Counted from the stretch's first letter, positions 8,159 to 17,894 are shown. The stretch: 64,000 bases of DNA from Dehalococcoidia bacterium (GCA_965248495.1 CBDFJL010000003.1:121079-185078), one strand, 5' to 3'. Notes: generated by a model from the letters alone, not told the origin. A program made the numbers and translations.

Positions 8159-9292
8159 ATGGCAACCGAGACCAACGTCGGGCGCATCCTGCGGACGGCG
8201 GAGGACTTTGCGGTCCAGGTCCGCGCCGGCGTGCGCAACCTCGTCGAGAACTGCACCGAGGCTGAGGCCGGCGAGACCATCGTCTTGATCAACGACGGCG
8301 CCCGCATCGACGCCGCGATGAGCGCCCTCATCGAGGACGCCATCCAACGGAAGGGCGCTCGGAGCGCAGTCTTGTGGGTCGAGCCCCAGGAAGGCGACTC
8401 ACGCTACCTGAACGCCCGGCGGCACCCCTTCACGCTGTCCAGCGAGCAGGTGACGACGCTGCTGAGCGCCGACCGGATCATCGTCCACGCGGACGCCGAA
8501 CACCTCATCCCCTACCTGGCGAACGCCGCGACACGGCCGCTGATGGTCCAGAACCGCTCGGCCACGGCGGAGAGTTTGGCCACCAGCGAGGCCCGCTATC
8601 CGTGGGGCATTGCGGACGCGCTACACCAGGTGCTGAACAAGGACATCTTCCCCGAAGGCGCACGTTGGCGCATCACCGCCTCCAACGGCACCGACATCCA
8701 CGGCTTGGTGCCGGAGCCGACACTTCGGGCCAGCTATTTCGAGGACGAAGTCGGCGCCACCGGCGTCGACCGTTCGTTCAACTCCTCGGCCTACCTCCCG
8801 GTCGGCTCAGCCGACGCCGAGGGCGTCATCGTCGTCGAGTGGATGGACGGCACCAAGCTCAACGCCGCCCACGACCCGGCCTACCTGGAGATAGGGGCCA
8901 ACCGCATGCGCGGCATCGCCGGCGGGCTTCAGGACACCAAGTGGATCGATGACTTCTGGGCCGCGACGCAGGGCCTCGTCGAGCGCTTCGGCGACCAGGC
9001 GATGGTGGTCGACTCCTGGCATAGCGGGACCCACCCGCAGACCACCAGCTGGGCCGGCGGGACCCGGCACCTGCACTTCCACATAGGCCGTACCACAGGG
9101 AAGGCGGGTGACTTTGTATGGGCGGGCATTAAGTACTTCACCCTCACCGTCAACGACCAACCGGTGTCCATCGACGGGAGACTGGCAATTCTCGACCATC
9201 CCACCGTGCGAGCAGCAGCCGAGCGGTACGACTTCGAGGACTGGCGCGAGGCGTGGCCCCGCTCCAACCACTGGCAGGTCGACTCCGCCTAG
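8159..9292 (+). CDS. Thermophilic metalloprotease M29 / NicX-like fold protein
   Basis: Pattern ..C.....GETIVLIND, ITASNGTDIHG, AEGVIVVE, LEIGANRMRGIAGG, HSGTHP, HLHFHIG, LTVNDQPVSIDGRL matches the M29-like layout. Confidence 0.6.
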   Translation: MATETNVGRILRTAEDFAVQVRAGVRNLVENCTEAEAGETIVLINDGARIDAAMSALIEDAIQRKGARSAVLWVEPQEGDSRYLNARRHPFTLSSEQVTTLLSADRIIVHADAEHLIPYLANAATRPLMVQNRSATAESLATSEARYPWGIADALHQVLNKDIFPEGARWRITASNGTDIHGLVPEPTLRASYFEDEVGATGVDRSFNSSAYLPVGSADAEGVIVVEWMDGTKLNAAHDPAYLEIGANRMRGIAGGLQDTKWIDDFWAATQGLVERFGDQAMVVDSWHSGTHPQTTSWAGGTRHLHFHIGRTTGKAGDFVWAGIKYFTLTVNDQPVSIDGRLAILDHPTVRAAAERYDFEDWREAWPRSNHWQVDSA

Positions 9293-9427
9293 TCGCTTCT
9301 CACCGGCCGGGCCCGGTGGTACGGTCGTTGCATGTCCGCGCGCCGGCCATCGGCCGCGGGCCCCAGCCGTCGAGAGCCCATCCATCGAGAGTAGAAACAG
9401 CGGCGTAGGAAAGGAGAGGAAGAAAAC

Positions 9428-10225
9428 GTGACCCAAGCATCGAAAGCATTCGACATCGCGACGCGCGGCGAGCCGCTCGAGCACGTCTGCCGCATCGAGC
9501 CGACGAGCAAGCGCATCCGCGCCTTCCTGAACGGCGTGGCCATCGCCGACAGCACGGACGCGGTCATCATGCACGAGACGCGGCACATCCCGGTCTACTA
9601 CATCCCGATGGCCGACGTCCGCATGGACCTCATGGAGCCAACGGACAACAAGACCCACTGACCGATCCGCGGCGACGCTCGGTACTGGAGCGTCAAGGTC
9701 GGCGAGCGGTTCGTGGAGAACGTGATCTGGAACTATCCCGTGCCGCTGGAGGGCGCGGTGGACGTCATCGACTACGTCGCCTTCTATTGGGACCGTGTCG
9801 ACGCCTGGTTCGAGGAGGACGAGGAGGTCTTCGTCCACGCCCGCGATCCTTACAAGCGGGTGGACTGCCTCTCGAGCTCGCGCAAGGTCAGTATCGTCGT
9901 GAACGGCGAGACCATCGCAGAGACCAACAACTCGGTCCTGCTATTCGAGACGGGCATGCCACGCCGCTTCTACATCCCAAAGGCCGACGTGCGGCCAGGC
10001 GCCCTGCAGTCCAGCGAGAAGATCACGCGCTGCCCTTACAAGGGCGAGGCCCACTACTACTCCATCAAGGCAGGCGGCGAGACTGTCGAGGACCTGGCTT
10101 GGTCATACCGGTATCCGACCGCTGAGGCCGGCAAGGTCGCCGGCCACCTCTGCTTCCCGCAAGGGAAGGTTGACCTCTTCGTCGACGGCGAGCTGGAGCC
10201 GAAGCCCCAGACCCGCTGGGACTAG
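9428..10225 (+). CDS. Tandem DUF427 domain protein with in-frame UGA (candidate selenoprotein, 265 aa)
   Basis: ORFs 9428..9661 and 9713..10225 share one frame separated only by TGA 9659-9661. Read-through gives TH-U-PIRGDARYW, which aligns with the second domain's TR-C-PYKGEAHYY. Confidence 0.85.
9674..9694 (+). promoter_or_regulatory. Candidate bacterial SECIS element
   Basis: gacgctc-[ggtactg]-gagcgtc: perfect 7-bp stem starting 12 nt after the UGA, with the loop beginning GGU. Confidence 0.7.
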
Positions 10226-10247
10226 CGCGACAACTACCTGACGCAGA

Positions 10248-10275
10248 AAGGCCCGGGCGGAGTCGCCCGGGCCTT
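10248..10275. terminator. Hairpin between convergent genes
   Basis: aaggcccgggcg-gagt-cgcccgggcctt. Confidence 0.65.
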
Positions 10276-10299
10276 CGCATGCTCGGCTGTCGCATGCGG

Positions 10300-11499
10300 C
10301 TACCCCGCTGCCTCCACGCTGGCGAGGGCGGCCTCGCGCACGTCGTCCGGCACCTCGCCACGGGCCGTCGTGTTGCACATCTCGATGAAGTCGTAGGGGT
10401 CGACGTCGGGTCGGAACAGCAGCGTCGGCTTGTTGGCGCCGTGCCGGTGCGCGAACACAGTCTGGGCCAGGACGATGCCCTTGTCCTGGTCATTGAACTT
10501 CCCCTTCTGCATGGGGCGCGCCCAGAGGTGGTACCACAGCGTGGTGAACAGCCAGCTAACGGGGTTGTGCGGCCAGTGGGCGCTGACCTGGAAGTATCGA
10601 TAGTAGTTTCCGTCCATGGCGACGTACCACTCGTAGTAGAGCCCACCGTGCATGGGAAAGTTGGGAATGCGCAGCAGTCCGGGGAGGCGCGTCCCGGACT
10701 GGCGGACCTTGCCGCGCACCTTCTTGTGGAAGCCGCGGCCGAGGAACCGCCAGGGGAGCTGAGGCGGCCAGTACCCAAGCCCCGGGTAGCTGAACACGCC
10801 AGGGGCTGCCCCGGACTGCTGATTCGACATGAGGTAGACGCCGTCGTCGGGGTCCTCGCGCAGCTCGTTGTGCACCTCGCGGACGCCGCTGACGCTGAAC
10901 TGCTTGTGGAACAGCCTGCCGACCGCGTCCCGGTGCAGCATCATCGCGTGGTTGCCCAGGCCGCCCTCGGCATGGAAACGCCAATTGCCCTTGACCACCT
11001 TCCAGCGGTAGTGGACGAGCGTGTCGTCGCCCAATAGCAGCCGGGGCACGTCGTCCTCGAGGGGGACCGGCGAGGTCCTGCCCATCCATATCCACACGAT
11101 GCCCTTGCGCTCTTCGGTGGGGAAGAGGCGGAGCCGAATCTTGCCGACGACCGGCGAATCGGGGCCGTCCGTCAGCGCCGCGACGCATGCCCCGTTCCCC
11201 TCCAGGTCGAACGTCCAGCCGTGGAAGCGGCAAGAGATGGCCGCGGTACCGGGGAACTCGAACTTGCCGAGCGACAATCGAGCACCGCGGTGCGGGCACT
11301 CGTCGATCATCGCGTGGACCTTGCCGTTGAGGCGCACGACGGCAATCGGCTCGCCGCAGATCACGAGCCTGCTCGGCCGCCTGCCCACCTCCCGCGACCC
11401 GCACAGCGGGTACCAGTAGTTCTTGAAGCCGCTCGCCGCCCGCTCGTAGGGCGTCGAGGCTTGCTCATGCCAGGGGGCTAGGTCGCGTTCCGTTTGCAT
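10300..11499 (-). CDS. Rieske non-heme iron oxygenase R2 (atypical Fe-site motif)
   Basis: GFKNYWYP, CPH...CRFH, TDGPDS, NWRFHAEGGLGNHAMMLH, YYEWYV, FNDQD. Confidence 0.9.
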   Translation of the reverse strand: MQTERDLAPWHEQASTPYERAASGFKNYWYPLCGSREVGRRPSRLVICGEPIAVVRLNGKVHAMIDECPHRGARLSLGKFEFPGTAAISCRFHGWTFDLEGNGACVAALTDGPDSPVVGKIRLRLFPTEERKGIVWIWMGRTSPVPLEDDVPRLLLGDDTLVHYRWKVVKGNWRFHAEGGLGNHAMMLHRDAVGRLFHKQFSVSGVREVHNELREDPDDGVYLMSNQQSGAAPGVFSYPGLGYWPPQLPWRFLGRGFHKKVRGKVRQSGTRLPGLLRIPNFPMHGGLYYEWYVAMDGNYYRYFQVSAHWPHNPVSWLFTTLWYHLWARPMQKGKFNDQDKGIVLAQTVFAHRHGANKPTLLFRPDVDPYDFIEMCNTTARGEVPDDVREAALASVEAAG

Positions 11500-11548
11500 C
11501 GCATGCTCCGTTGGTCAGCTTCGCCTATGGCCCTCGTCGGTGACGGGA

Positions 11549-11965
11549 CTATGCTTTGCGGGTCAGCGCCACGACGGGAATCTTACGGGTCGTCTTCTGC
11601 TCGTATTCGATGAACACGGGATAGAGGGCCGCCTGCTGCGCGTAGAGACGGTCGCGCTCTTCGCCGGCCAGCACGGTGGCCTCGGCCTCGTAGGTCTCGT
11701 CGCCGACCTCGACGCGGACGCCCGGGTTCGCGACCAGGTTGTGGTACCAGTCCGGGCTGGTGGGGGCGCCGACCCTCGATGCGAACACCAGCAGCCGGTC
11801 TCCGTCGGCGAGGTACATCATGGGGTTGACGCGCCGCTGCCCGCTCTTGGCCCCTGTCGTCGACAGCAGGAGGACCGGGGAGCCCTCGAAGATGCCACCT
11901 ATGCGGCCACCGTTACGTCGAAACTCATCGATGATCGGTGCGTTCCGGTCGTTCGAACTGGTCAA
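11549..11965 (-). CDS. Deazaflavin (F420)-dependent nitroreductase family protein (DDN)
   Basis: NAPIIDEFRRNGGRIGG, LLLSTTGAKSGQRRVNPM, PDWYHNLVANP, YEQKTTRKIPVVAL. TTG start follows GGAG. Confidence 0.93.
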   Translation of the reverse strand: MTSSNDRNAPIIDEFRRNGGRIGGIFEGSPVLLLSTTGAKSGQRRVNPMMYLADGDRLLVFASRVGAPTSPDWYHNLVANPGVRVEVGDETYEAEATVLAGEERDRLYAQQAALYPVFIEYEQKTTRKIPVVALTRKA

Positions 11966-12272
11966 GGCTTGCTCCACCGGATAAGAGTTATGACGCGCAT
12001 GATATCGCCTCCGACACGCGCTGAGGCGTCGGTGGCACGGCCCGAATGCCGGCCCGGTGGTACTACGGCACTCTGTACCTTCGTACGGGGTAGAAACACG
12101 GAGGGCATGGCAAGCTTTGGCCGTCCCACGGGCGAGCGGGGTTCCCCGCTCCCCCACCAACGGTCCGTCGGCTTTCCCCCACCAGCCGGCGGGCCGTTCT
12201 GCGTCCGCCGTCGAGCGCCCGCACATCTGGCACAGCCAGGGCAGACGAGCTCACGCGCGTCCCTCGGCGGGC

Positions 12273-13580
12273 TCAGACCACGCTCGCCGAGTCCTTGGCC
12301 GGTCCGACGGTGCCGAGGCTCCCCGACTGCCCGGCCAGCACCAGGTTCCGAACACCACCGCTGAACAGCCCCACGAGGGCCACGTTGACCAAGACCACCG
12401 ATCCGCCCAGCGCCAGCGCGCCGGGCGCGCCGATGGCCCCGGCGATGAAGTTGAGCCCCGCGGAGCCCAGCGCCGGGAACGTCCAGGACAGCCCGTACAG
12501 GCTCATCACCCGCCCCCGGAGGTTATCTGGGACCGAGGTCTGCACGGTGACCTCGACCGCCATCATGTAGGCCAGCGAGCCGAACCCGACCACCACTTGG
12601 AGGATCACCCCGGTGACGATGCTTCGCGTGAAGGACAAGGCGAGCAGCGACGCCCCGAAGATCAATCCCTGGGTCAGCATTACCCTCCCGATCGGGAACC
12701 GCCGCAGGATGACTGGCGTGGTCAGCACGGCCAAGAAGGAGCCCACGCCTCCACCCGCCCAGAGAGCCGAGAGGCCGCGCGCGTCCACGTCGAGCACCTC
12801 CCCTGCGAACACCGGCAGCAGGAAGATGAAGCCAAGCCCTGCGAGGGAGTTCACGTAGGTCATCCCGATAACGACGCGAAACAGCGCGTGTTCCCGCACG
12901 TAGCGCAGGCCCTCCCCGAGGTTCCTGACGATGTTGCCTGTCGGGGGTGTTTCGTGGGCATTGGGCCGCAGGCGCATGATCAGCAGCGCCATCGCCAGGA
13001 AGCCGGCGCCCGACGTGGCGAACGCGAGTCCGGCCCCCTGCGTCAGCCCTGAGCCGGCGTAGGCGATGATGAAGCCGCCGAGGACCGGCGCCACCGGCCG
13101 CGAGAGCTGCCAGGTCATCGCGTTGAGCGACACCGCCTGCGCAAGCAGCGCCCGGTCAGGCAGGAGCCGAGGGTAGAGCGTCTGACGACTCGGCTGGTCG
13201 AACGAGAACACGCTGCCCAACACGAACGCCGCCACCATGAGGTGCCAGACCTCGATGCGTTGCGCGATGGTGAGAGCGGCGATCACTCCCATGACCACCG
13301 TGGCGGTCGCCTGCGCGGTCGCGATCACCTTGCGCTGGTCCAAGCGGTCCGCCAGCACACCGCCAAAGAGTCCAATCGTGATCGGCGGTATGCCGAGGAA
13401 CAGCGTGACCGTACCAACGGTCAGCGGTGAGCGGGTCAGCTCGAACGCCAGCCACCCCAGGGTGAACTGCATCATCTGCTGGCCGGTGACCTGCGATTGC
13501 AGCCCAATCCAGTACACGCGGAAATCCCGGTAGCGGAGCACCGAGAAGAGGCTGAACTGGCGGGCGACGGCGTCGATCAC
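12273..13580 (-). CDS. MFS transporter (MFS_3/EntS-like)
   Basis: LRYRDFRVYW, GGVLADRLDQRK, FDQPSRQ, VPDNLRGRVMS; about 12 TM. Confidence 0.92.
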   Translation of the reverse strand: MIDAVARQFSLFSVLRYRDFRVYWIGLQSQVTGQQMMQFTLGWLAFELTRSPLTVGTVTLFLGIPPITIGLFGGVLADRLDQRKVIATAQATATVVMGVIAALTIAQRIEVWHLMVAAFVLGSVFSFDQPSRQTLYPRLLPDRALLAQAVSLNAMTWQLSRPVAPVLGGFIIAYAGSGLTQGAGLAFATSGAGFLAMALLIMRLRPNAHETPPTGNIVRNLGEGLRYVREHALFRVVIGMTYVNSLAGLGFIFLLPVFAGEVLDVDARGLSALWAGGGVGSFLAVLTTPVILRRFPIGRVMLTQGLIFGASLLALSFTRSIVTGVILQVVVGFGSLAYMMAVEVTVQTSVPDNLRGRVMSLYGLSWTFPALGSAGLNFIAGAIGAPGALALGGSVVLVNVALVGLFSGGVRNLVLAGQSGSLGTVGPAKDSASVV

Positions 13581-13711
13581 GGGCCGAGCTTAGCACGGGC
13601 CCGCGAGGCTTCCCCCCGCCGTCACCGTGCCCCCCGGTCACGCTGGTTGTGAGGCCCCAGCGTCGGTGATAGGTTGCCGTCCAGGCCCCGGTACCCGCGC
13701 AGGAGCTCCTT

Positions 13712-14698
13712 TTGACCAACCGGCCACGATTCGGCTTGATCCTCCCCAACCGCGACGTCGCACTCGGCCTAGCCACGGCCGATGCCCTCATCGAGATGGC
13801 GGAGCACGCGGAGGAGTCGGGCGCGTTCGACCATGTGTGGGTGGGCGACTCGATCATGGCGAAGCCCCGGCTGGAGTCGCTCACGCTCTTGGCGGCCCTC
13901 GCGGCGCGGACGTCGCACGTGAAGCTCGGCGTTGCCTGCATGGCCAGCCTGCCTTCGCGCGACCCTCTCGTTTTCGCCTACCAGTGGGCCAGCCTCGACC
14001 ATCTGTCCGGCGGCCGCATGATCCTCCAGGCGTGCATCGGCGATAGCCCGGTGGACCCAGGGCCGCAGGCCGAGTACGTCAACATGGGAATCGACCCCGC
14101 GGACCGAGGGGCGCGCCTCGACGAGAACATCGAGGTCATGCGGCGCCTCTGGGCCGAGCCCACCGTCGACTTCGACGGCCGGTTCCACAGCTTCCGGGGC
14201 GCGTTGGTGGAGCCCAAGCCCATCCAGAGCCCGCCGCCGATATGGATAGCCAGCAGACCCCGGTCCAAGTCTCCGCAGTCGAAGGCGGCCGAGCAATCGC
14301 TGCGCCGCGTCGCGCAGCTGGGCGACGGTTGGGTGACCACCGCGCAGAGCGTCGATGACTACGTGTGGTTTCGTGGCCAGCTGGACGGCTACGCGGCGGA
14401 GTACGGCCGCGACTTCGGCGCGCTGCCCCGGTGTCACTATTACGGCATCGCCATTGGGAGCGACCGCGAGAACGCGTTCGCCGAGACGAAGGCGTACATG
14501 GACAGGTACTACAACCGCGACCACTCCCGCGCCTACATCGAGGGGTCAACGGCGCTTGGCGATCCGGAGCAATGCTACCAAGCCATCGCCGGCTACGTGG
14601 ACGCAGGGGCGACGGACGTCCTGCTCCGCTTCCCACCCATCGACACACGCGCGCAGATACAGCGATTTATCGACGAGGTGCTCCCACTCTTTGGCTAG
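13712..14698 (+). CDS. LLM-class flavin-dependent oxidoreductase
   Basis: HVWVGDS, LAALAARTSHVKLG, WASLDHLSGGR, PKPIQSPPPIWIA, RRVAQLGDGW. Confidence 0.93.
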   Translation: MTNRPRFGLILPNRDVALGLATADALIEMAEHAEESGAFDHVWVGDSIMAKPRLESLTLLAALAARTSHVKLGVACMASLPSRDPLVFAYQWASLDHLSGGRMILQACIGDSPVDPGPQAEYVNMGIDPADRGARLDENIEVMRRLWAEPTVDFDGRFHSFRGALVEPKPIQSPPPIWIASRPRSKSPQSKAAEQSLRRVAQLGDGWVTTAQSVDDYVWFRGQLDGYAAEYGRDFGALPRCHYYGIAIGSDRENAFAETKAYMDRYYNRDHSRAYIEGSTALGDPEQCYQAIAGYVDAGATDVLLRFPPIDTRAQIQRFIDEVLPLFG

Positions 14699-15632
14699 CC
14701 TGCTCGAGCGGGTGGAGATCACCGACCCGACCGATCTCACGGTGGACCGGGCGGCCGACTTCCCACGGCTCGCCGAGGCAGCCGGCCTCGACGGGGTCGG
14801 CATGCGCGACCACCAGCACAGTGGAAGGGATGTCTACGCGCGCATCACCGTGGCCGCGATGGCGACCTCCCGCGTCTCGCTGTTTCCCTGTGTGACCAAC
14901 CCGCTGACACGCCATCCCACGGTGCTCGCCTCGATCGCGAACTCGATGGAGGAGATGGCACCGGGGCGCTTTCGGCTCGTCGTCGGCGCCGGTGACCAGT
15001 CTGCGCAGCACATCGGCAGGCCGGCCGCCACCGTCGCCGAGCTGCGCGGGGCGGTCGAAATGCTGCGCTCGCTGCTCGCGGGCCACGCGACGGCCATCGG
15101 CGCCAGCCAGACGGAGCAGATGGCGAACGTCAGCCCGCGGCCTGTCCCGGTCCACGTCAATGCAAGCAGCCCCAAGATGGTCCGCATGGCCGGCGAAGTC
15201 GCGGACGGTGTGCTGCTCATGGTCGGGCGGCATCCCAATACGATGGCCGCTGCCGGCGAGGCGCTGCGCGAGGGCGCCGCGCTGGCGGGCCGCGCGGTCG
15301 GCGACCTCGGCGTGACCTATGCCCTGCCAACGTTCATCGACTCGACCACCGAGCGGGCCCGCCAGCGCGCGCGTGTCATCCTCGGCTTCTGGCTTGCCCG
15401 CCCCGCGCGCATCTTCACGCGTCACGCGAAGGCGACCGGCGCAAGCGAGGCGGCGTTGCTGGACGGCATGGGCCTCGTGGGCACGGCCGAAGAGTGCGCC
15501 GAGCAGCTTCGCGAGTTCGCCGAGCAACCCGGTGCCCCCAAACATGTCGTCTGTCAGCTCTACGGCGGCAACGACGACCAGCGCGGGCTGCTTGATGCGT
15601 TCGAGCGCACCATCCTGCCGCGCGTGAAGTAA
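14691..15632 (+). CDS. LLM-class (Mer-like, possibly F420-dependent) oxidoreductase
   Basis: RDVYARITVAAMATSRVSLFPCVTNPLTRHP, APGRFRLVVGAGD, PKMVRMAGEVADG. TTG start overlaps the upstream stop, with GAGGTG RBS. Confidence 0.88.
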   Translation: MASLLERVEITDPTDLTVDRAADFPRLAEAAGLDGVGMRDHQHSGRDVYARITVAAMATSRVSLFPCVTNPLTRHPTVLASIANSMEEMAPGRFRLVVGAGDQSAQHIGRPAATVAELRGAVEMLRSLLAGHATAIGASQTEQMANVSPRPVPVHVNASSPKMVRMAGEVADGVLLMVGRHPNTMAAAGEALREGAALAGRAVGDLGVTYALPTFIDSTTERARQRARVILGFWLARPARIFTRHAKATGASEAALLDGMGLVGTAEECAEQLREFAEQPGAPKHVVCQLYGGNDDQRGLLDAFERTILPRVK

Positions 15633-15667
15633 CGGATACGCCAGGCGCGAAAGCAGACAAGGGGAGA

Positions 15668-16708
15668 GTGAGCATGAGCATGCAACCGAACGGCGGGCTG
15701 ATGAAACTTGCCTCGCAGCGGTTCGACCGATCGTCGCCGCTGTTCGCGAGGACCGTGGCGATGCCGGGGATTCAGACGATCCACGTACCGCCCGGCTCGC
15801 CGGGGGTGGAGGGCGTGCAACAGCCCGGCTTCTTCGACGCCGCGGAGATGCCCCTGGCGCGCTACGTGTTCCTCAAAGACCAAGGCGTGGCCTTGAGCGC
15901 CGTGCCCGTCTTCCCGGACCGTCTCATGGTGCACCAGTACGTCTACACGCGGACCGACACCGGCATCGAGAGCATGGCCGACCTCCGAGGGAAGCGCGTC
16001 CTGCTCACCGGCTATTGGGTCACGGCCTCTTTCTGGCACCGCGCCATCCTGGAGGAGGAGTACGGCGTGCCCATGGGCGAGGTCAAATGGCATGTCACCG
16101 GGCCGGAGCTCGACCTCCGCCAGACGTACCCGCCCGGCTTGGACGTCACCGTGACGCCCGGGCCGTTCCAGGGCATGGAGGTGCTGCTAGACGGGCGCGT
16201 GGACGCGCTCATGAGCGAATCGACGCCGCCGATCCCTCCCGACCAACGGCACCTGGTCAAGCGCGTCATCCCCGATGCCTTCTCCGTCCAGCGCGAGTGG
16301 TATCGCCGGACCGGCTTCAACCCCATCGTGCACCTGGTCGTCGTCAGGCAGGACGCCCTGGAGCGATGGCCCGAATTCGGCTACGAGCTCTGCCGCGCCT
16401 ACGACGAAGCCATGCGTCAGGCTTACCTGGCGCTCCAGAATGAGCGCTTCACCAGCCTGCCCTTCATGCGCGAGTACTTGGACGACGCCATGGAGCTCGG
16501 CGGCGACGATCCGTGGCCCTACGGCGTGGAGCGGAACAAGGCCGAGATAGAGCGCTTCCTGACCATGGCACACGAGCAGGGCATGACAAAGCGCCGAGTG
16601 GACTTCGACGAGCTCTTCGACGCACGTGCCCTGGACTACGTGTTCACCGCGCGGCTCGAGCCCGGCTCGACGACCGACGGCGGCAGCGTCCCCAACGCGT
16701 ACCGCTAG
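15668..16708 (+). CDS. 4,5-dihydroxyphthalate decarboxylase-like protein (SBP fold), paralog 1
   Basis: FDAAEMPL, AVPVFPDR, DLRGKRV, WHRAILEEEYGV, TGFNPIVHLVVVR, DPWPYGVERN...AHEQG. Confidence 0.85.
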   Translation: MSMSMQPNGGLMKLASQRFDRSSPLFARTVAMPGIQTIHVPPGSPGVEGVQQPGFFDAAEMPLARYVFLKDQGVALSAVPVFPDRLMVHQYVYTRTDTGIESMADLRGKRVLLTGYWVTASFWHRAILEEEYGVPMGEVKWHVTGPELDLRQTYPPGLDVTVTPGPFQGMEVLLDGRVDALMSESTPPIPPDQRHLVKRVIPDAFSVQREWYRRTGFNPIVHLVVVRQDALERWPEFGYELCRAYDEAMRQAYLALQNERFTSLPFMREYLDDAMELGGDDPWPYGVERNKAEIERFLTMAHEQGMTKRRVDFDELFDARALDYVFTARLEPGSTTDGGSVPNAYR

Positions 16709-16798
16709 ACATGCGGCGTTTGGCGTAGACTCACTCAAAGCGGCACGCCACCTTCGCAAGCCGCAGACAGCGACAGCAACGTTCGTCCGGGAGCACCC

Positions 16799-17827
16799 AT
16801 GGCAGACACCCCTTCACGCCCCATGAGCCTTGCGGCACAGCGGTTCGACCGCACCGTGCCCATGTTCAACCGCAACATCCGTGTCGAGAACATCCAGGCC
16901 GTGCACGCCTCGGCCGGCGGTGCGAGCGTCGAGGGGCTCATGCGCGGCATCTGGGACGCGGCGGAGATACCCGTCGCCCGCTACTCGTTCGTCCGCGACC
17001 AGGGCGACGACTTCACGGCAATCCCCGTCTTCCCCGACCGGATCTTCGTGCAACCGTATGCCTACACACGGACGGACACGGGGATCAACGGTCCCGCCGA
17101 CCTGCGGGGCCGCAAGGTCGTGATGCCCGGCTTCTACTACACGGCCTCCTTCTGGCACCGCGCCATCCTCAAAGAGGAGTACGGCATCGACGCGAGCGAG
17201 ATCGAGTGGCAGGTGCCGGGTTCCGAGCTGGACGAGCGCATGCGCTATCCGGATGGAGTGAACGTGACCACCATCCCCCGCGTCTCCTCCATCGCCCAGC
17301 CCCTCCTGGATGGCAGCGCGGACGTGCTGATGACCGAGATGGCGCCCGTGTTCTCCCCGAGCGACGAGCAGCGCATCAAGCGCATCCACCCGGGCCCGGA
17401 CGCAGGCGTCCGCGGCTACTACACGCGCACGGGCTTTTTCCCGCCCGTCCACGTGATCGCGGTACGTAGGTCGTCCCTCGAGGAGTGGCCGGGCTTCGGC
17501 GAAGCGCTCTGCCGCATGTACGACGAGTCCAAGGCCGAGACCTACCGGATGCTCCAGAATGAACGCATGACCAGCCTGCCACTGATGCGCGCACACCTGG
17601 ACGAGTCGTTCGAGATGTTCGGCGACGACCCGTGGGCCTACGGGCTGGAAGCGAACCGCGCCGTGCTGGAGAAGTACCTGGACCTGGCCCACGCCGAAGG
17701 CTTCATCAAGCGCCGCCCGGCCGTCGAGGACCTGTTCGACGAGCGCTCGCTGGGCTACCGCTTCACCGCGAAGATGGAGCACGGGTCATCGCCCGGCGGG
17801 GGCGCCTTCGTCGCGACGAACATCTAG
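16799..17827 (+). CDS. 4,5-dihydroxyphthalate decarboxylase-like protein, paralog 2
   Basis: WDAAEIP, AIPVFPDR, DLRGRKV, TGFFPPVHVIAVR, DPWAYGLEANR. Confidence 0.85.
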   Translation: MADTPSRPMSLAAQRFDRTVPMFNRNIRVENIQAVHASAGGASVEGLMRGIWDAAEIPVARYSFVRDQGDDFTAIPVFPDRIFVQPYAYTRTDTGINGPADLRGRKVVMPGFYYTASFWHRAILKEEYGIDASEIEWQVPGSELDERMRYPDGVNVTTIPRVSSIAQPLLDGSADVLMTEMAPVFSPSDEQRIKRIHPGPDAGVRGYYTRTGFFPPVHVIAVRRSSLEEWPGFGEALCRMYDESKAETYRMLQNERMTSLPLMRAHLDESFEMFGDDPWAYGLEANRAVLEKYLDLAHAEGFIKRRPAVEDLFDERSLGYRFTAKMEHGSSPGGGAFVATNI

Positions 17828-17894
17828 CCCCAGCGGTGCGTCGAGCGCGTCGGCCATGGGTTGGCCGAGTTCGGCCCTGCCGGAGCGTCGCGCC

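Noticed and set aside
9428-9661. DUF427 as two separate genes or a plain pseudogene
   Set aside because: The stop falls exactly on the conserved Cys, the frame continues with family motifs and a SECIS-like hairpin follows. Read-through is favoured, though a pseudogene is not fully excluded.
14355-15632. 425-aa LLM or a frameshifted LLM-LLM fusion
   Set aside because: A TTG at 14691 with an RBS overlapping the upstream stop explains two coupled genes.
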